Assembly: GCF_018350175.1 (NCBI RefSeq)
Contig: NC_058369.1
Location: 18,416,001-18,480,000 of the forward strand
Length of the DNA: 64,000 nt
From: Felis catus
Lineage: Eukaryota
Reading direction: 5' to 3'
Part shown: in pieces, positions 1-13,756 of the stretch
How positions within the stretch are numbered: the first letter of the stretch is position 1
Layout: each line of letters opens with the position of its first letter
Position numbers and translations under genes: made by a program
The notes under the pieces: model-generated
What the model saw: only the letters and a program-made list of their open reading frames with translations
Told to the model about the DNA's origin: nothing
Databases searched by the model: none

Positions 1-44
1 GTCTTTTCTTGCACTCAGCACGGGCTGCTTCAGTGCAGCGTGTG

Positions 45-47
<3 letters not shown>

Positions 48-87
<40 letters not shown>
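48..87. repeat. (TG)n microsatellite
   Basis: About 20 perfect TG units in USP4 intron 18. Confidence 0.95.
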
Positions 88-88
<1 letters not shown>

Positions 89-298
89 TAAGCCACCTTC
101 CTAAATAGGAAGATGGCTTTCTCAGTCTGGAAAACACAATTTGCACAGAGAGACTGTGACATAGGGACAGCCACGTCACAGCCATGTGATAAGAAGTGAC
201 ACATCTCCTCCCAAAAGGGTTTTTTGTGTACAGATGGCCCCAGCAGATCTCAGTCCAGGGTGCACGGGTGTCCCTGCCCAGACTGGGGTGCCACGTAC

Positions 299-417
299 CA
301 GGGGTCATGCTCCCCAAGGGTCTCCATGGTGGTGAAGAGCTCGATGCAGTCTCTCAGCGCCACCGCGGTCTTCTTCTTCTTCTGAGGCTGCAACATGCTC
401 ACGTGCTTCTCATAGGC
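299..417 (-). CDS. USP4: USP4 exon 18
   Basis: [40 protein letters not shown]; 119 nt; donor GTACGT. Confidence 0.96.
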
Positions 418-679
418 CTGTGGGGGACAACGTGTGGACTTCTGTTGGGAAATAAGAGTCCTAACCCCATTAAGCCACAACCTCCCAAGCTCTCATCCCT
501 GGAATATAATGCACTTTCTGGAGCCTCTGAACATATAATGACAAAATCTTTAAGTGCTTTCCATTCTCCATCTGAAGTAGAATTTGTCAAATTGCTGGGG
601 AACCGGGGTGAGTGACCTGAATACACAGCCAGAGCAAAAGCCAGCATGTACCACTGACCAGGAGTCCCCAGTCACCTAC

Positions 680-750
680 CTCAGATTCTTGCTCATCATA
701 ATAAAGGCTCCGGGTCTCACTGTCCCAATCGATGGCCAGTGTGGATCGAG
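680..750 (-). CDS. USP4: USP4 exon 17
   Basis: [24 protein letters not shown]; 71 nt; AG/GTAGG. Confidence 0.96.
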
Positions 751-1164
751 CTGTGGAGGAGGACCAACGTGTCACTTATAACTGAATAGCCAGCAACAGG
801 AGAGGCTCTTCAGGTGACAGGAGTGACAAGAAAACACTCAGGCTTCATCATCAACACCTGCTCACCTATCACCAGCCACTGCCAAGAGCAATGCTTTGCC
901 TTGAGCCAGCCTACTCTGAACCCCGGGACCCCCAAAACCTTTGGCAAAGATTTCCTCAATGTCACAGTAAGTTCCAAAGGCTCTAACTATATAAGGATAC
1001 TGAAAGAACATAGATCAAGATGAAGTTACAGCAACCAGATTTACCCTCCCACCTTAACCCATGAGAAAACCTGACAAAATAATAAAGTGGTTTTGAAATG
1101 AGGGATATTAGGCGGAGCAAGCGTGCTATCCCCAAGGGGAGAAAAACAAAAAAGGTGATGCCTA

Positions 1165-1395
1165 GGGGCCCCTGGGTGGCTCAGTTGGTTAAGCGTCCGA
1201 CTTCGGCTCAGGTCATGATCTCACGGTTCGGGAGTTCGAGCCCCACGTTGGGCCCTTTGCTGACAGCTCAGAGCCTGGAGCCTGCTTCGGATTCTGTGTC
1301 TCCCTGTCTCTGCCCCTCCCCTGGTTGCTCTCTCTCTCTCTCTTTCTCTCTCTCAAAAATAAACAAACATTAGAGAAAAAATTTTAAAAAAAGGA
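1165..1395 (+). mobile_element. CAN-SINE
   Basis: GGGGCCCCTGGGTGGCTCAG head, A/B boxes, (CT)n tract, A-tail. Confidence 0.92.
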
Positions 1396-2249
1396 AAAAG
1401 ATGATCCCTACACTGCCCAGCTCACTGCCCGCACTTTCCAGGCCACAGCTTGCGAGAGAGGGGGAAGGAGACGGAAAGATTGAAGAGGAGAGTCAAAGAC
1501 TAGAATTCAAGAAGCTGGCTAGAATATGCAAGGCCTTGTACAAGAGGAGGCGGCCACACAGAGAGGAAGGAGCTGCAGGGACACAGAGAGAGAGATAGAC
1601 ACAGAGACCCAGAAACACATTGGTAAAGCTGTTCTTGAAACCAATTTTTTAAAGAAATGTAACAAAAAAGAAAGAGCGAAAGGACAGTGTGCTCATTTCT
1701 TTGCCAATGAAGGAGACACGGAGATGCTTCTAGGCAGGGGTCTTCACCGTCCTCTTGTGCTCTCCGTACATCCCGTGTAGGTGCCTCTTCTGTCTGCACA
1801 TCAGCCCCTATTACAGGCTCCAGCTAACAAACAGCCTACACAACCCATGACCATGGGTCACATTTCATGAGTAGTCTTATGGAACAAAAGAAATCAGCAT
1901 TTAGCCAGCCTCATTAAGTGACATGGCTCTGGCAAAATGCTACCAGAGGTACGAGAAGTGTTAGCAACCCAGAGCGAAGGTCCTGAGGGTGGTGGCAGTG
2001 AAGGGAGAGCTCACTTCCATCCAAAGTCATCAAGGGCCAAAGAGAAAAGCCTGACAAGATGGCCAGGGCAGGAGGGGTGAGGTCTCTGAAACTAAGGAAC
2101 TTTAAGCCAAGGACCACACAAACATCTGTTCCTGGAGTTACAGGAAGATGGCAAAAGCCCAGTGCAGTGAGTGCTGAGCGCAAACGGGATTTTCAAATGG
2201 ATCCTAAGCCCCCAAATGCCCAGTTTGAAAAGTCAAAGAAAGTGCTTAC

Positions 2250-2477
2250 AATTGAGTTTAAGTAGTTTTCCATCAGTTGCAAGGGAATTTATATCAGCTG
2301 TTCCGTAGGAGTTCACGAGGCTGAAGGTAAAAAGCCTTTTCGGGCAGGACTGGCCTTTGACCTTCTTTTGGGTGGTCTCCCCGCAGTCATTTCCCAGCTC
2401 GTCCTCCCCACTGCCTTCTGTGTCTGAAAGTTGCTCTCTGCCTTCGTCCTGATGCTCCATTTCTTCTTCATCTTCTC
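2250..2477 (-). CDS. USP4: USP4 exon 16 (acidic insert)
   Basis: [24 protein letters not shown]...[32 protein letters not shown]; 228 nt. Confidence 0.96.
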
Positions 2478-2914
2478 CTGACATACAATGAAAACCAATG
2501 TGTATATAAATTGCCACCATTTTGATGTTGAAAATTTTACTTCATGTTTAACTACAGTGCTTCCTTCCAGATTTTGTCCTGTTTGTGTGAAACTACACCT
2601 AGCCCTTCACAAGGTACCAAAATTCCTGTGTGACCCTCACAAGCTGGTTAAGACAGGCAAAGTGGGCACTGCTAATCTGTGATGAGGAAGCATAGGCCTA
2701 GGAAGACTCAGTGACACTCCCAAAGGTACACAATGTGGTCAGCAAGCCCACCTGTCCTAAATTTGGGCCCCTCAACACGTGAGTACTTTACTGGGTTTCG
2801 ACCCACATCCTCTGACTCTTTCAACTTCATCACTTGACCCACAGAGAGAAAAGGGAAAAAATGAGAAGCCAAGAAGACAGTTTGGTTGAGAAACACAATT
2901 TAAAAGACAATTAA

Positions 2915-3114
2915 GGGGCACCTGGGTGGCTCAGTTGGTTAAGCGCCCAACTTTGACTCAGGTCATGATTTCAGTTTGTGAGTTTGAGCCCCGCATCAGG
3001 CTGTCTGCCCGTCAGCAAAGAGCCCGCTTTGGATCCTCTGTCCCCCTCTTTCTCTACCTCTCCCCCACTCTCACACACCCACACACACTCTCAAAATAAA
3101 AGTCAATTAAAAAA
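2915..3114 (+). mobile_element. CAN-SINE
   Basis: Canonical head, CT tract and A-tail. Confidence 0.9.
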
Positions 3115-3558
3115 TATTATGATCACAAATATTAAGCAAAAGTCTTCAGTTCCTCTACAAGAAACAGGCTGACTGTCCCTTCAACAAGTAGTCAGAGATT
3201 GAATGTCTCTCAGGTACAGGTGCCATGCTGGTGGGTCCCAGTGAACACAGCAGACAGGATCCTGCCCACTTTTTTTTTTTTTTTCTCTTTATTCATCGGA
3301 GATTGCTGAGCTTCAATAATTTTTTTTAAGTTTTTTTTTTTTTTTTTTTTTTTTTTAGTAATATTTACACCTAATGTGGGGCTTGAACTCAGACTCCAAG
3401 ATCAAGAGTTGCATGCTCTTTACTGAGCCAGCCAGGTGCCTCTCAAGAGTTTTAATAGGCATTCTACAGACATACGCTGATGAGTAAATTTCCCAGGCAT
3501 TTCCAGAGAACTGGTATATGGGACTGCAATAAAAAGATCCATAAACATATTCATTGTA

Positions 3559-3980
3559 GGGGCGCCTGGGTGGCTCGGTCGGTTGGGCGTCTGACTTCGG
3601 CTCAGGTCACGATCTCGCGGTCCGTGAGTTCGAGCCCCGCGTCGGGCTCTGTGCTGACAGCTCAGAGCCTGGAGCCTGTTTCAGATTCTGTCCCTCCCCC
3701 ACTTACGCTCTGTCTGTCTCTCTCTCTCTCAAAAATAAATAAACATTAAAAATAAGAAAATAACGGGGCGCCTGGGTGGCTCAGTCGGCTGAGCATCCGA
3801 CTTCGGCTCAGGTCATGATCTCACAGTTCGTGAGTTCAAGCCCTGCGTCAGGTTCTGTGCTGACAGCTCGGAGCCTGGAGCCTGTTTCGGATTCTGTGTC
3901 TCCCTCTCTCTCTGCCCCTCCCCCGCTCATGCTCTGTCTCTCTTTCTGTCAAAAATAAATAAAAATTAAAAAAAAAAAAT
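3559..3980 (+). mobile_element. Two tandem CAN-SINEs (second, from 3765, inserted in the tail of the first)
   Basis: TSD AAAAATAAGAAAATAAC flanks the second copy. Confidence 0.92.
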
Positions 3981-5359
3981 AAGAAAATAACATAACATAA
4001 AATATGAAGTTTACATACTGGGGAAATAGTAGACATGGACACTCTGAGGAAAACAGGATGTTGTACATAAAAATCCTCTTTTTCTTAGACAGTCTGCCGT
4101 GGGAGTGTTCATAAGGAAAGACAAGTCAGGCCCAAGACAACGCAGCAGTTTCCACTCAGGCCACAAGAACAACACAGCCATGGATGAGGGCGGGCCACGC
4201 ACCCCTACTGGCACCCTTCCGAAACAGCCAGCTGGCACAAGACCACAAGCCCAGCCCTCATGGACTTTCCTTTTCCAATCAGCCCACTTGGCTCCTGAGG
4301 CACTGGCACTGCCCCTTTTACACCTAGGTGAACCTGCCCCGCTCCCAGACCAGCAGGTGAGACCCTACCCTACCTGCTACCTGTCTGACAGGGACACAGA
4401 AAAGCCTGCGTCCACCCCACTCAGTAAACAAACAGAGCCCTAAAACTGTAAGAACTCCATCCCTGGTTGTACCACTGGCTATCAGCTCCTTGGAAAATCT
4501 CAGGAAACTTATGCTAATGCAGTCAGAATTAAATACAGTGAGTGTATATAACAGGATGAGAATAGAAAACAGAGTTCACTGAAAGCAACTGCCCAAGATC
4601 AGGAGAATCAGGAGACAGCCACCATAGGCCTGACAAGAAGCCATGGCAGTAAAAACATTAGAAGTATTTCACAACATTAAATAGGGTTTGAAGTCTATTT
4701 GCCAAGACTCAGTTAAAGGAGTCAAAAGAAGGCAGTAATTCTCCCTGAACAGGAGACTGACAAATGCAATATCTAAAAAGCTAGGCTAAATATAACAACA
4801 GCAAATACTGACATGGTGTTATTATTAATCGTGCATCTATTATGTGCCAGGTACTTTAACCCACATTACCTAATAAATTGTAACCTTGGGGCACCTGGAT
4901 GGCTCAGCTGGTCAAGTGTCCAACTCCTGATTTGGCTCAGGTCATGATCTCACAGTTGTGAAATGAAGCCCCACATCAGGCTCTATGCTGGGCAGGGAGC
5001 CTGCTTGAAATTCTCTCTCTCCCTCTGCCAATCCCCACTCTTCAAAAAAAACAAAAAACAAACAAACAAAAAAACACCAAAAAACCTGTAACCTCAAATC
5101 TGTGAAGCAGACGTCATCATCCCATTCTGCAGATGCGTGAACCAAGGTTCAGAGGAAGGAGGTGACTTGTCCCCCCACACTTTGAGCTAGAAATCACAGT
5201 GCTTTAACTGCCAGAGCACCAAAAACCTATGGGTCTCCCAGGGTCTGCTCGAGACTGTCATGACCACCCTGACATCTCTGCTTGCGGGACCTGGACACAA
5301 AACACCCTCTTGTTCATCCCTAGTGGAAGAACATGATATTCTGGGCAAGAATCAGAATA

Positions 5360-6140
5360 CTCAACATCACTCATCATCAGGGAAATACAAATCAAAACCA
5401 CAATGAGATACCACCTCACACCTGTCAGAATGGCTAACATTAACAACTCAGGCAACAACAGATGTTGGCAAGGATGCGGAGAAAGAGGATCTCTTTTGCA
5501 CTGCTGGTGGGAATGCAAACTGGTGCAGCTACTCTGGAAAACAGTATGGAGGTTCCTCAAAAAATTAAAACTAGAACTACTCTACGACCCAGCAATTGCA
5601 CTACTAGGCATTTATCCAAGGGGTACAAGTGTGCTGTTTCGAAAGGACACATGCACCCCCATGTTTATAGCAGCACTATCAACAACAGCCAAAGTATGGA
5701 AAGAGTCCAAATGTCCATCGATGGATGAATGGATAAAGAAGATGTGGTATGTATATACAACGGAGTATTACTCGGCAATCAAAAAGAATGAAATCTTGCC
5801 ATTTGCAACTACGTGGATGGAACTGGAGGGTATTATGCTAAGTGAAATTAGTCACAGAAAGACAAAAATCATATGACTTCACTCATATGAGGACTTTAAG
5901 AGACAAAACAGATGAACATAAGGGAAGGGAAACAAAAATAAAAACAGGGAGGGGGTCATATTCTCTTAAATATGGAGAACAAACAGAGGGTTACTGGAGG
6001 GGTTGTGGGAGGGGGGATGGGCTAAATGAGAAAGGGGAATTAAGGAATCTACTCCTGAAATCATTGTTGCACTGTATGCTAACTAATTTGGATGTAAATT
6101 TAAAAATTAAGTTAATAAAAAAAAATGGCAAAAAAAAAAA
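5360..6140 (+). mobile_element. 5'-truncated carnivore L1 (ORF2 C-terminus, 3'UTR, A-tail), antisense to USP4
   Basis: ORF 5403..5876 [11 protein letters not shown]...[10 protein letters not shown]...CTPMFIAAL...WIKKMW is the L1 ORF2 Cys-rich C-terminus; ends in poly(A); no clear TSD seen. Confidence 0.95.
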
Positions 6141-6585
6141 GAGTATGACTAGAATAAACAGTAAACCTAAAATACTCACAATGTGCAGTATCTGGTGAGG
6201 ACAGAGTCTTGTGAGCATTATTTTTAATGTCAAGTCTCACTTTTGAAGACTGTGCACATCTTGGAGAAATCTGGGCATTTGGATTTGTAATTGAAAATTT
6301 ATGGCACTAATTTGGAGAACATTTGCGGTTATATAGTGATAAACCCACTAAGTCGCCTAGGCCCCCAAAAGGGTAACCACCACAATGCAGTTCAGACACA
6401 GCTCCTCAGTCAGGGATAAGCTTGTGAGCACTTGGACATGAGAGAATGGCGAGGGCTCTGGGTTTCCTGCAATGAGCCTTATCCTACTGCTTTGTAGACT
6501 GTGGCTCTCTTTGCTGCCACAGATGGAGCTCTCTAGAGTCAGCTATTACCTGTAGCTTCCTGGGCAGAAAGAAACACTCAAGAGA

Positions 6586-6823
6586 GGGGCGCCTGGGTGG
6601 CGCAGTCGGTTAAGCGTCCGACTTCAGCTCAGGTCACGATCTCGCGGTCCGTGAGTTCGAGCCCCGTGTCAGGCTCTGGGCTGATGGCTCAGAGCCTGGA
6701 GCCTGTTTCCCATTCTGTCTCCCTCTCTCTCTGCCCCTCCCCCGTTCATGCTCTGTCTCTCTCTGTCCCAAAAATAAATAAACGTTAAAAAAAAAAAAAA
6801 AATTAAAAAAAAAAAAAAAAAGA
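6586..6823 (+). mobile_element. Young felid-type CAN-SINE
   Basis: CpG-intact; long A-tail; perfect 18-bp TSD AAAGAAACACTCAAGAGA. Confidence 0.95.
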
Positions 6824-7280
6824 AAAGAAACACTCAAGAGAAACTCTCTGCCCTCTGATTGGCTGGCCAGGACTCCTGTCCTCCCCAGAGGCAGTGCCAC
6901 ATCAGAGTGGTGGGCAAGAGCCAACCTAATAGCTCTGCAGACAGAAGCCAAGTCATGGAGGCAGTCAAGTGCCGGATAAGCACCCACTGCAATCCCAACA
7001 CACCTCATGATCCTGGGCAAGTCACCGAGTCCTGTCAGTCTCACTCTGCCTGAGGTGAAACACAGCCTACATGTCTAAGAAGATTCCATGAGGCGCTGAA
7101 GTTGGACAACATGCGCTGGCAGCACGGAGTGGTGCATCGGGGCTCCCAGATCTGCTCTCTAGCCAGAGCCCCCACCCAGCCTTAGAGCCTCCCTCTCCCG
7201 TGTGTACAACACCTTTGGAAGAAGAGGGAGGTCAGGAGGGATTTGGTCAGTCACAGCCCCACAGCGTGGCGAGCGCTCAC

Positions 7281-7369
7281 CTTCACAGCTGCCCCTGGAG
7301 CCATTGCAGGCCCCCGGCTCCAAGGGCGAGCTGCCAGACTCATCAGGCAAAGGCTGTTTTATATAGCGG
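7281..7369 (-). CDS. USP4: USP4 exon 15
   Basis: [29 protein letters not shown]; 89 nt; AAG acceptor, GTGAG donor. Confidence 0.94.
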
Positions 7370-7847
7370 CTTGAAAAAAAGGAAAAAAAGAACGATGTGT
7401 TAGCTATAACATTTACCTGTTTTTCTCCACTATTCAGCTAGAAGTAGTTCACAACTGATATACTCCCACCTATTCACAAAGCAATTCAGGTAAATAAAGG
7501 GGCTTTAAAAGCATGTGATTGTCAACACTTTAGATATTGAGGGGAACCTAAAAGATAAGATGTCTAAGTACCAAGTCGCCGAAGACTCCGAGTCTTCCAT
7601 GAATGCTTGTTTCAAATCTTCTATGAATGTCACATGGCATCACCATTAGAAAAATATTTCCCAGGAACATTAATTACCAGCTTCAGAATGATCGTGAAGC
7701 TACTTCAGAAATTGTATTCTGACACAAACTGCCCTCAAAACACTAGACTGCCTGCACCCAGTGACTGACAAATGTGACAGACATGATTCTAGGAACCCCA
7801 GAGAAGGCTTAGGTGACAGTATCATGATGCTTAAGATGTGCCAGATG

Positions 7848-8117
7848 GGGGGCACCTGGGTGGCTCAGTGGGTTGAGTGCCTGACTTCAGCTCAGGTCAT
7901 GATCTCAAGGTTCATGAGTGCAAGCCCACGTTGGGCTCTGTGCTAATAGCTCAGAGCCTGGAGCCTGCTTCCGATTCTGTCTCTCTCTCTCCGCCCCTCC
8001 CCCACTTGTGTGTATGCACGCATGCGCTCTCTCTCAAAAATACATAAGCTGTAAAAAAAAAGGAAACAACAACCCAAAAAACAATGTAAGATCCCTTAAA
8101 AAAAAAAAAAAAAAAAA
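7848..8117 (+). mobile_element. CAN-SINE with bipartite tail
   Basis: TSD AAGATGTGCCAG(A/G)TG at 7833-7847 and 8118-8132. Confidence 0.88.
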
Positions 8118-8229
8118 AAGATGTGCCAGGTGCCCCTTCCCAACAGCACCTGTCCTTGTGGGGAGTCACCACTACGACCAGGCCCGTCTTGATTTTAAAT
8201 AACAAGCAAAATGCATTTCTGTCACCAAC

Positions 8230-8421
8230 CTGATACGCTCACAAACAGCCTGGTACAAAGACTCAAGGGTTAGCTTGTGCTTGGGAACAGAAACCAGCAG
8301 TGGCTGTCCATACAGCACTGCCCCGGAAGAAGTGCTCGACGGCCTGGACTTCCTTTCCCTGAAGTAGACTGGAAGTGTGACACACTCAGAGCCATCAGCG
8401 GAGGTGCTGCAGACCTCGTAC
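8230..8421 (-). CDS. USP4: USP4 exon 14
   Basis: [64 protein letters not shown]; 192 nt; donor GTTGGT. Confidence 0.95.
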
Positions 8422-9339
8422 CTGTGTCAATCACACAAGAGGGCACCTTCAGCAGCAGGCCATCATGAGCAACGGAGATCTGAGCTGCAGCTACATGGTG
8501 GCCAGGACTGTGGTTACTGGGACAAATCATACTTTAGCATAAAAGGTGGATAAGCCATTTCCAAGAAGATTCTGGAAGCTGGGTCAGGAATCCCAAGGAT
8601 CACTATCAGCAAAATGTGAATCTATGCAACCCAGGACTCGGGGATAATGTGATTCTCCTTCCCCCAACCATGGCCTCAACTCTGTGGTCCTTTGAATGGG
8701 ACTCAACACAGATGACAGCTGTCATCGGGACCATCACTGCAGACATAAAGGCGCAGGAAGGGGGAGGCCTGGCCACCAAGTTCATCTTCTGTCACCAAGG
8801 AGCTCAACTTTTGAAGTGCTATAAAATCAAATATTGTACAAGAATGTATACCTAGAATATTACGCAAAGATGCTTTCTTTCAAATGAGGAAGCAAATTTA
8901 TAAAACTAATTGTTTGCTATCTTTGTTCAAAAACATTGAAGTAAAAGAACCATATTTAATTTTTTAAAAATTAGAGATAACCAAAGAAAATGCTAAATAT
9001 AAATCAATGATTTTGAAAAATGTGTCTTACTTAGTGAATACATGGGATTGAGGAGATTTATAGATGTTTTATCCTGGAACAGATGTTACCAAAATTGCTG
9101 GCAACCGACTGTAGTCTTTCCCTCTTCCTATAGGGGGAGACACAAACTTACTGATTCAATTTTTGAAAACTATAAACACAAACATACACACACACACACA
9201 CACACACACAACCCTCCCCAGATACCTGGCAAATAGTCCTAAATGACATATGTGCGAGAGGAGTTCTAAGAAAAACTCACAAAAATGTCTAAGGTGTGCT
9301 CTAGGTAAGGGCCCTGTGGTCCAGCATTAGTGTCAAGAA

Positions 9340-9515
9340 TGAGGTCTTGGAGTGAGGCTGGCCCAGTCTGTCACTGTCACCTTCTGGCCACTATAACGGG
9401 GCCAAGTGCTCCCTTCTGAGTCTGCTTACTCAGTGAACAAGTCTACCTTCTAGTGTGGCGGTGAGAATTCAAGGACTCAGCGGCAGAGTGCGCCACACAC
9501 TCAAGTAATATTAGT
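9340..9515 (+). mobile_element. MIR fragment
   Basis: Diverged MIR core-like pattern (CTTCTGAGTCTGCTTACTCA...CTACCTT...GTGAGAATTCAA). Confidence 0.5.
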
Positions 9516-10676
9516 GCCACCAGTGTGTTTTCATAATTACCAATTAATCTTTAAAACAATCTGCTTCCTGATGGTTGGCACTCAAGCCCTCTGCAAATTC
9601 CTTTGTTGGTGGTGGTTTGCTAAGCTTCCCACAGGGCAATGCCCCAGTTCCTCTGAGCTTGGGTGTGTACAAACACTAGTTTCTAGAATTGAGGGGAGAT
9701 GTTTGCTGTTAAGGACTTGGGGTCAGAAATGGACAGCCTTAGCCTGACGCTGAGCTGACTTTGTCAAGTAAGCAAAGATGGCTGAGTGGGGAGGCAGCCT
9801 GTGCAAGTGAACAGAACTAGGATCTTGGGTGTGGTCAAGAACTACTTCTTTTAGAGTGATCTGGAAGTCACAGGCCCAAAAACTTAAAGGGAAGGAAATG
9901 ATTCCTTCGTGTACTGCAATCCTCAACCAAAACAAAAACCAAAACAAATCCTGAAAACCTTTCTCAGCAGAGGCAAGTTTCCAAGCAAGAGGGAATGAGG
10001 AAGAAACAGCACGGGTGTGGTCCACATTCAAGCTTCCCTGAGCAAGTAAGTGACTGTCAGGGAGTGCAGACAAGCTCATATTCTACTCCACCCCACCGGG
10101 GAGAGGGACACACACAAAATTACAGGGAGCAGCCTTCAAGTAAGAGGACCTGGGAGGGGCTAAAGAGATCACTGGAGCTGGCATTGTACCGTCCCCACAT
10201 GGATGAGAAAACAGTCTCAGAGCTTACAGAATGTCAGAGCAGAAAAACGTTGTTTCTGTCAACCCTCCTGTCACTCTGAGATCGCGCCTGCCCAAGGAAC
10301 CACGGCCTACATCACATCCCTTCCCTCATCTTCCTGCGGCCCCTTGTACAGCTGTGACTCTTCCTGAGAAAGGCATTTCTGACATCAGGACCATCTATAG
10401 GACTACTAAATAGGCCCTCTTAATAGGTAGCAACTGGTGACAAGAGACTATGTCCATGCTAAAGAGAGTTATCTGGAATATCTAGCTCTGAAGTGCCATG
10501 AAGTGCTTAGCATTGATGGCTGTCAGAATTCCCTGAACCCCCATCCCCTGGCACAAGGAGTCAGGGCAAATCCACATGAGCACGGACTACCAGATCTTCT
10601 GCTTTGGAGACACCTACAAGGCAAAGCCTCTAGAATGTTTCCTTTGAGCCTGCAGCAGAAACCACTGAGTACTCAC

Positions 10677-10771
10677 ACAAAAATGTCATCCCGAGGCATG
10701 ATGTGGTTTAAACCTTCATCCATTTGGAAAATTTTGTGGAACCGGTGATTATATACATCTGTGACCACCAT
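10677..10771 (-). CDS. USP4: USP4 exon 13
   Basis: [32 protein letters not shown]; 95 nt; AG/GTGAG. Confidence 0.96.
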
Positions 10772-11686
10772 CTAAGAATCAACAGTAACAGAAAGATTAC
10801 AGGATGGATAAGGGCCTCTACATAAAACCCCAGAAGCAAATGAAAACAATGTGCTGCTGGAGTGTTACCTCCAGAGAGACCATCACTCAACCAGCCCCAG
10901 AGTTTAGGGGCCAATGCCCAAGGGAGAAGAACAGCATGACTGCCACCAGCAGAAAACCTGCTGGTTAACATTTGTCCTGAGGGTTACGATGGGATTTGAC
11001 CTCAAGTGGCAGGAATGGTGGGGAGTGAGTGTTGATCAGAGACTGGTGGTCATCCAGACGTCTCTGGGGTGTCTGCCAGGGCCAGAAGTCTCCAAACCAT
11101 CCTCAGCACATAGCTGAACATACCAAACCCCAACTATGCAACTGCCTAAAACCAGCAGGGCTACGAGGGAAGTGGGGCTGAGCAAGAGCAGTGACCAGGG
11201 CTGGGACAAAGGTACTTGGAGCATACAGGAGGATGGGGAGGGGATTTTCACTTTCCCCACCACCACACAGGGCCAGGCTCGGCAGAAAGCCCAGAATGGG
11301 CAGCTGCTTCTAAATAAAGATTTCTATTAAGAACATCACAAAGTCACTCCAGACTCACGGAGTTTAGCGTAGGAAAGAAATTGCAGCTTCTCATACTACA
11401 GAAGAGGTCATGTAGGCAAGGGCAGCAAAGCTGAGAGCAGAGCCCTACTCCTGGCCCTCTGACCGTGGCTAGTGTGACCTCACTGGAGGAAGGACAGTGT
11501 TCCCGTGGCTGAAGGGAGTCTCAGCCACAGTGTGCACAGTGAGCGAGGGACAGGAGGCCAGAGGCATCCAGATATAATCACATTTGTGCTGGCCAATAAA
11601 AACTACCCCCTAAAAATGGCTACAAGTTTGAAAATACACTCCAAAGGACTATGAAGTAGTGAGTGCCACCGACCACCCTGCCTTAC

Positions 11687-11770
11687 GTTTTCTGCAGCAA
11701 TGCCAGACAGCCTGGAGAGAGCCTCGCACAGGTCAGACACAGCCCCCATCAGCGGCACAACCACGCGGTA
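11687..11770 (-). CDS. USP4: USP4 exon 12
   Basis: [28 protein letters not shown]; 84 nt; AG/GTAAG. Confidence 0.96.
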
Positions 11771-12395
11771 CTGCAAAAAGATAGATGGGAGGGGTGACAA
11801 AGGCGCTCAGCAAAGGGTGGGAGATGAGCTGGGAGGAGCAGGCAACACAGGTCACCTGAGATGACCTCCCAGAAACAGTGTACATGAGGTCAGGGCCCAC
11901 ATGAGTCATCAGAAGAGCCAACAGGCAAGTCTTCTGCCTCAGCACTTGCCTCTCTATTCAGGAGGCAGCCCAGGGGCCCACCCATCTCTTTCCCTCCTAA
12001 ATACTACTTTGTTTCATTCCTAAAGTTTGCTTCCTTTAAGGAATTGTTAAAAACTATACAGACTGCCATGTCTCGTCATCTTTAAGAGGTGAAGAAACCA
12101 GAGCCAGAAGACTAAGCAGTATAGTCACTCAGTGAGCCATCAGCGGGGTGGGACGCGAAGACCCGCTCGTCACTCCATTCACACAGCCTTCTGTTCTAGC
12201 CAGGCTCTCTTGGCTGACTGGCCAAGAAGACCCTGCTGCTGCTTCCCACCGTTCTGATACAAGGACCACTTAGCAGATCATTCGTACTACCTTAGCTGCA
12301 TGAATGAAGTATGGGGGAAAAGTGACAGAGAAGCCCAGAGCACCTTCACCATCTTCTCTGAATGATACAGGATTACAGAGGTCTGATGGAGGCTA

Positions 12396-12728
<333 letters not shown>

Positions 12729-13588
12729 CTAGAAGGAGAAAGATAAAGAAGACATTCTCAACACACCTGAGTCATTTATCCCATCATCCAGAATGATCTA
12801 CAGCAGAATCTGAGATGGACCATGAGGCAGTCTCTATAGCAAAGAACTTGGTCCAGGCCAGCCAGGGTGTGGACTGCTCTTGGTGTACCATACAGCCACA
12901 TGCCAGCTTTATGCCCAATCCCACATTTAACAGTCTTCACTTAGGATCGATGGACACACCAGTATCTGTGTATCCTCTGATAGGAGATAGACAACCCTGA
13001 GAACACCGTGGGTAAATGGACCTGACCAGAGCAAGGACTGCCTCCTATAAGGTTTTCAATGAGCCAAAGTCCCTTCAGTGAGGTTTTAATTCATACTACA
13101 GTTCAGCTAACTCATGGTTTTTCCTTCAAGATATAAATGCTACTTTAAAGTTTTCGTATAATGAATCCCAATGTGATAGGGTAACTTAAATACTAAATTC
13201 CCTTTTCATAGATCAGAAAATCGAGGCAAAAAGTCAGTGCCCTAATAATGTTAGTAACAAACTATTTTAATGATCATGTATGCATTTTAATGACGGCCCA
13301 TACTACAGACACTTTACAGAATGCCCTAGTCTCTGGTTCAGCAATGAAATTATACTAACAAACTGACTCTCAATTAAAGAAGCCCAAGCCAGAGAATTAG
13401 GAGTAACTAGGGGTAGTCTCTTCCTGACCTGGAGCACATTACTCTACCACAACCTGTGTCCACATCATCAATAGCAAGAGGCAACCAGGGTCCTGGCGCC
13501 AATACTCAAAGACCAAAAGAATTTTCTTGCAACTTTCAGAAGGAGGCAACTTCTATGAAATACTACTGCTCAAAATCCTCAATCTTCA

Positions 13589-13756
<168 letters not shown>

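Noticed and set aside
5403..5876. 157-aa ORF as a host gene
   Set aside because: It is the L1 ORF2 C-terminal remnant
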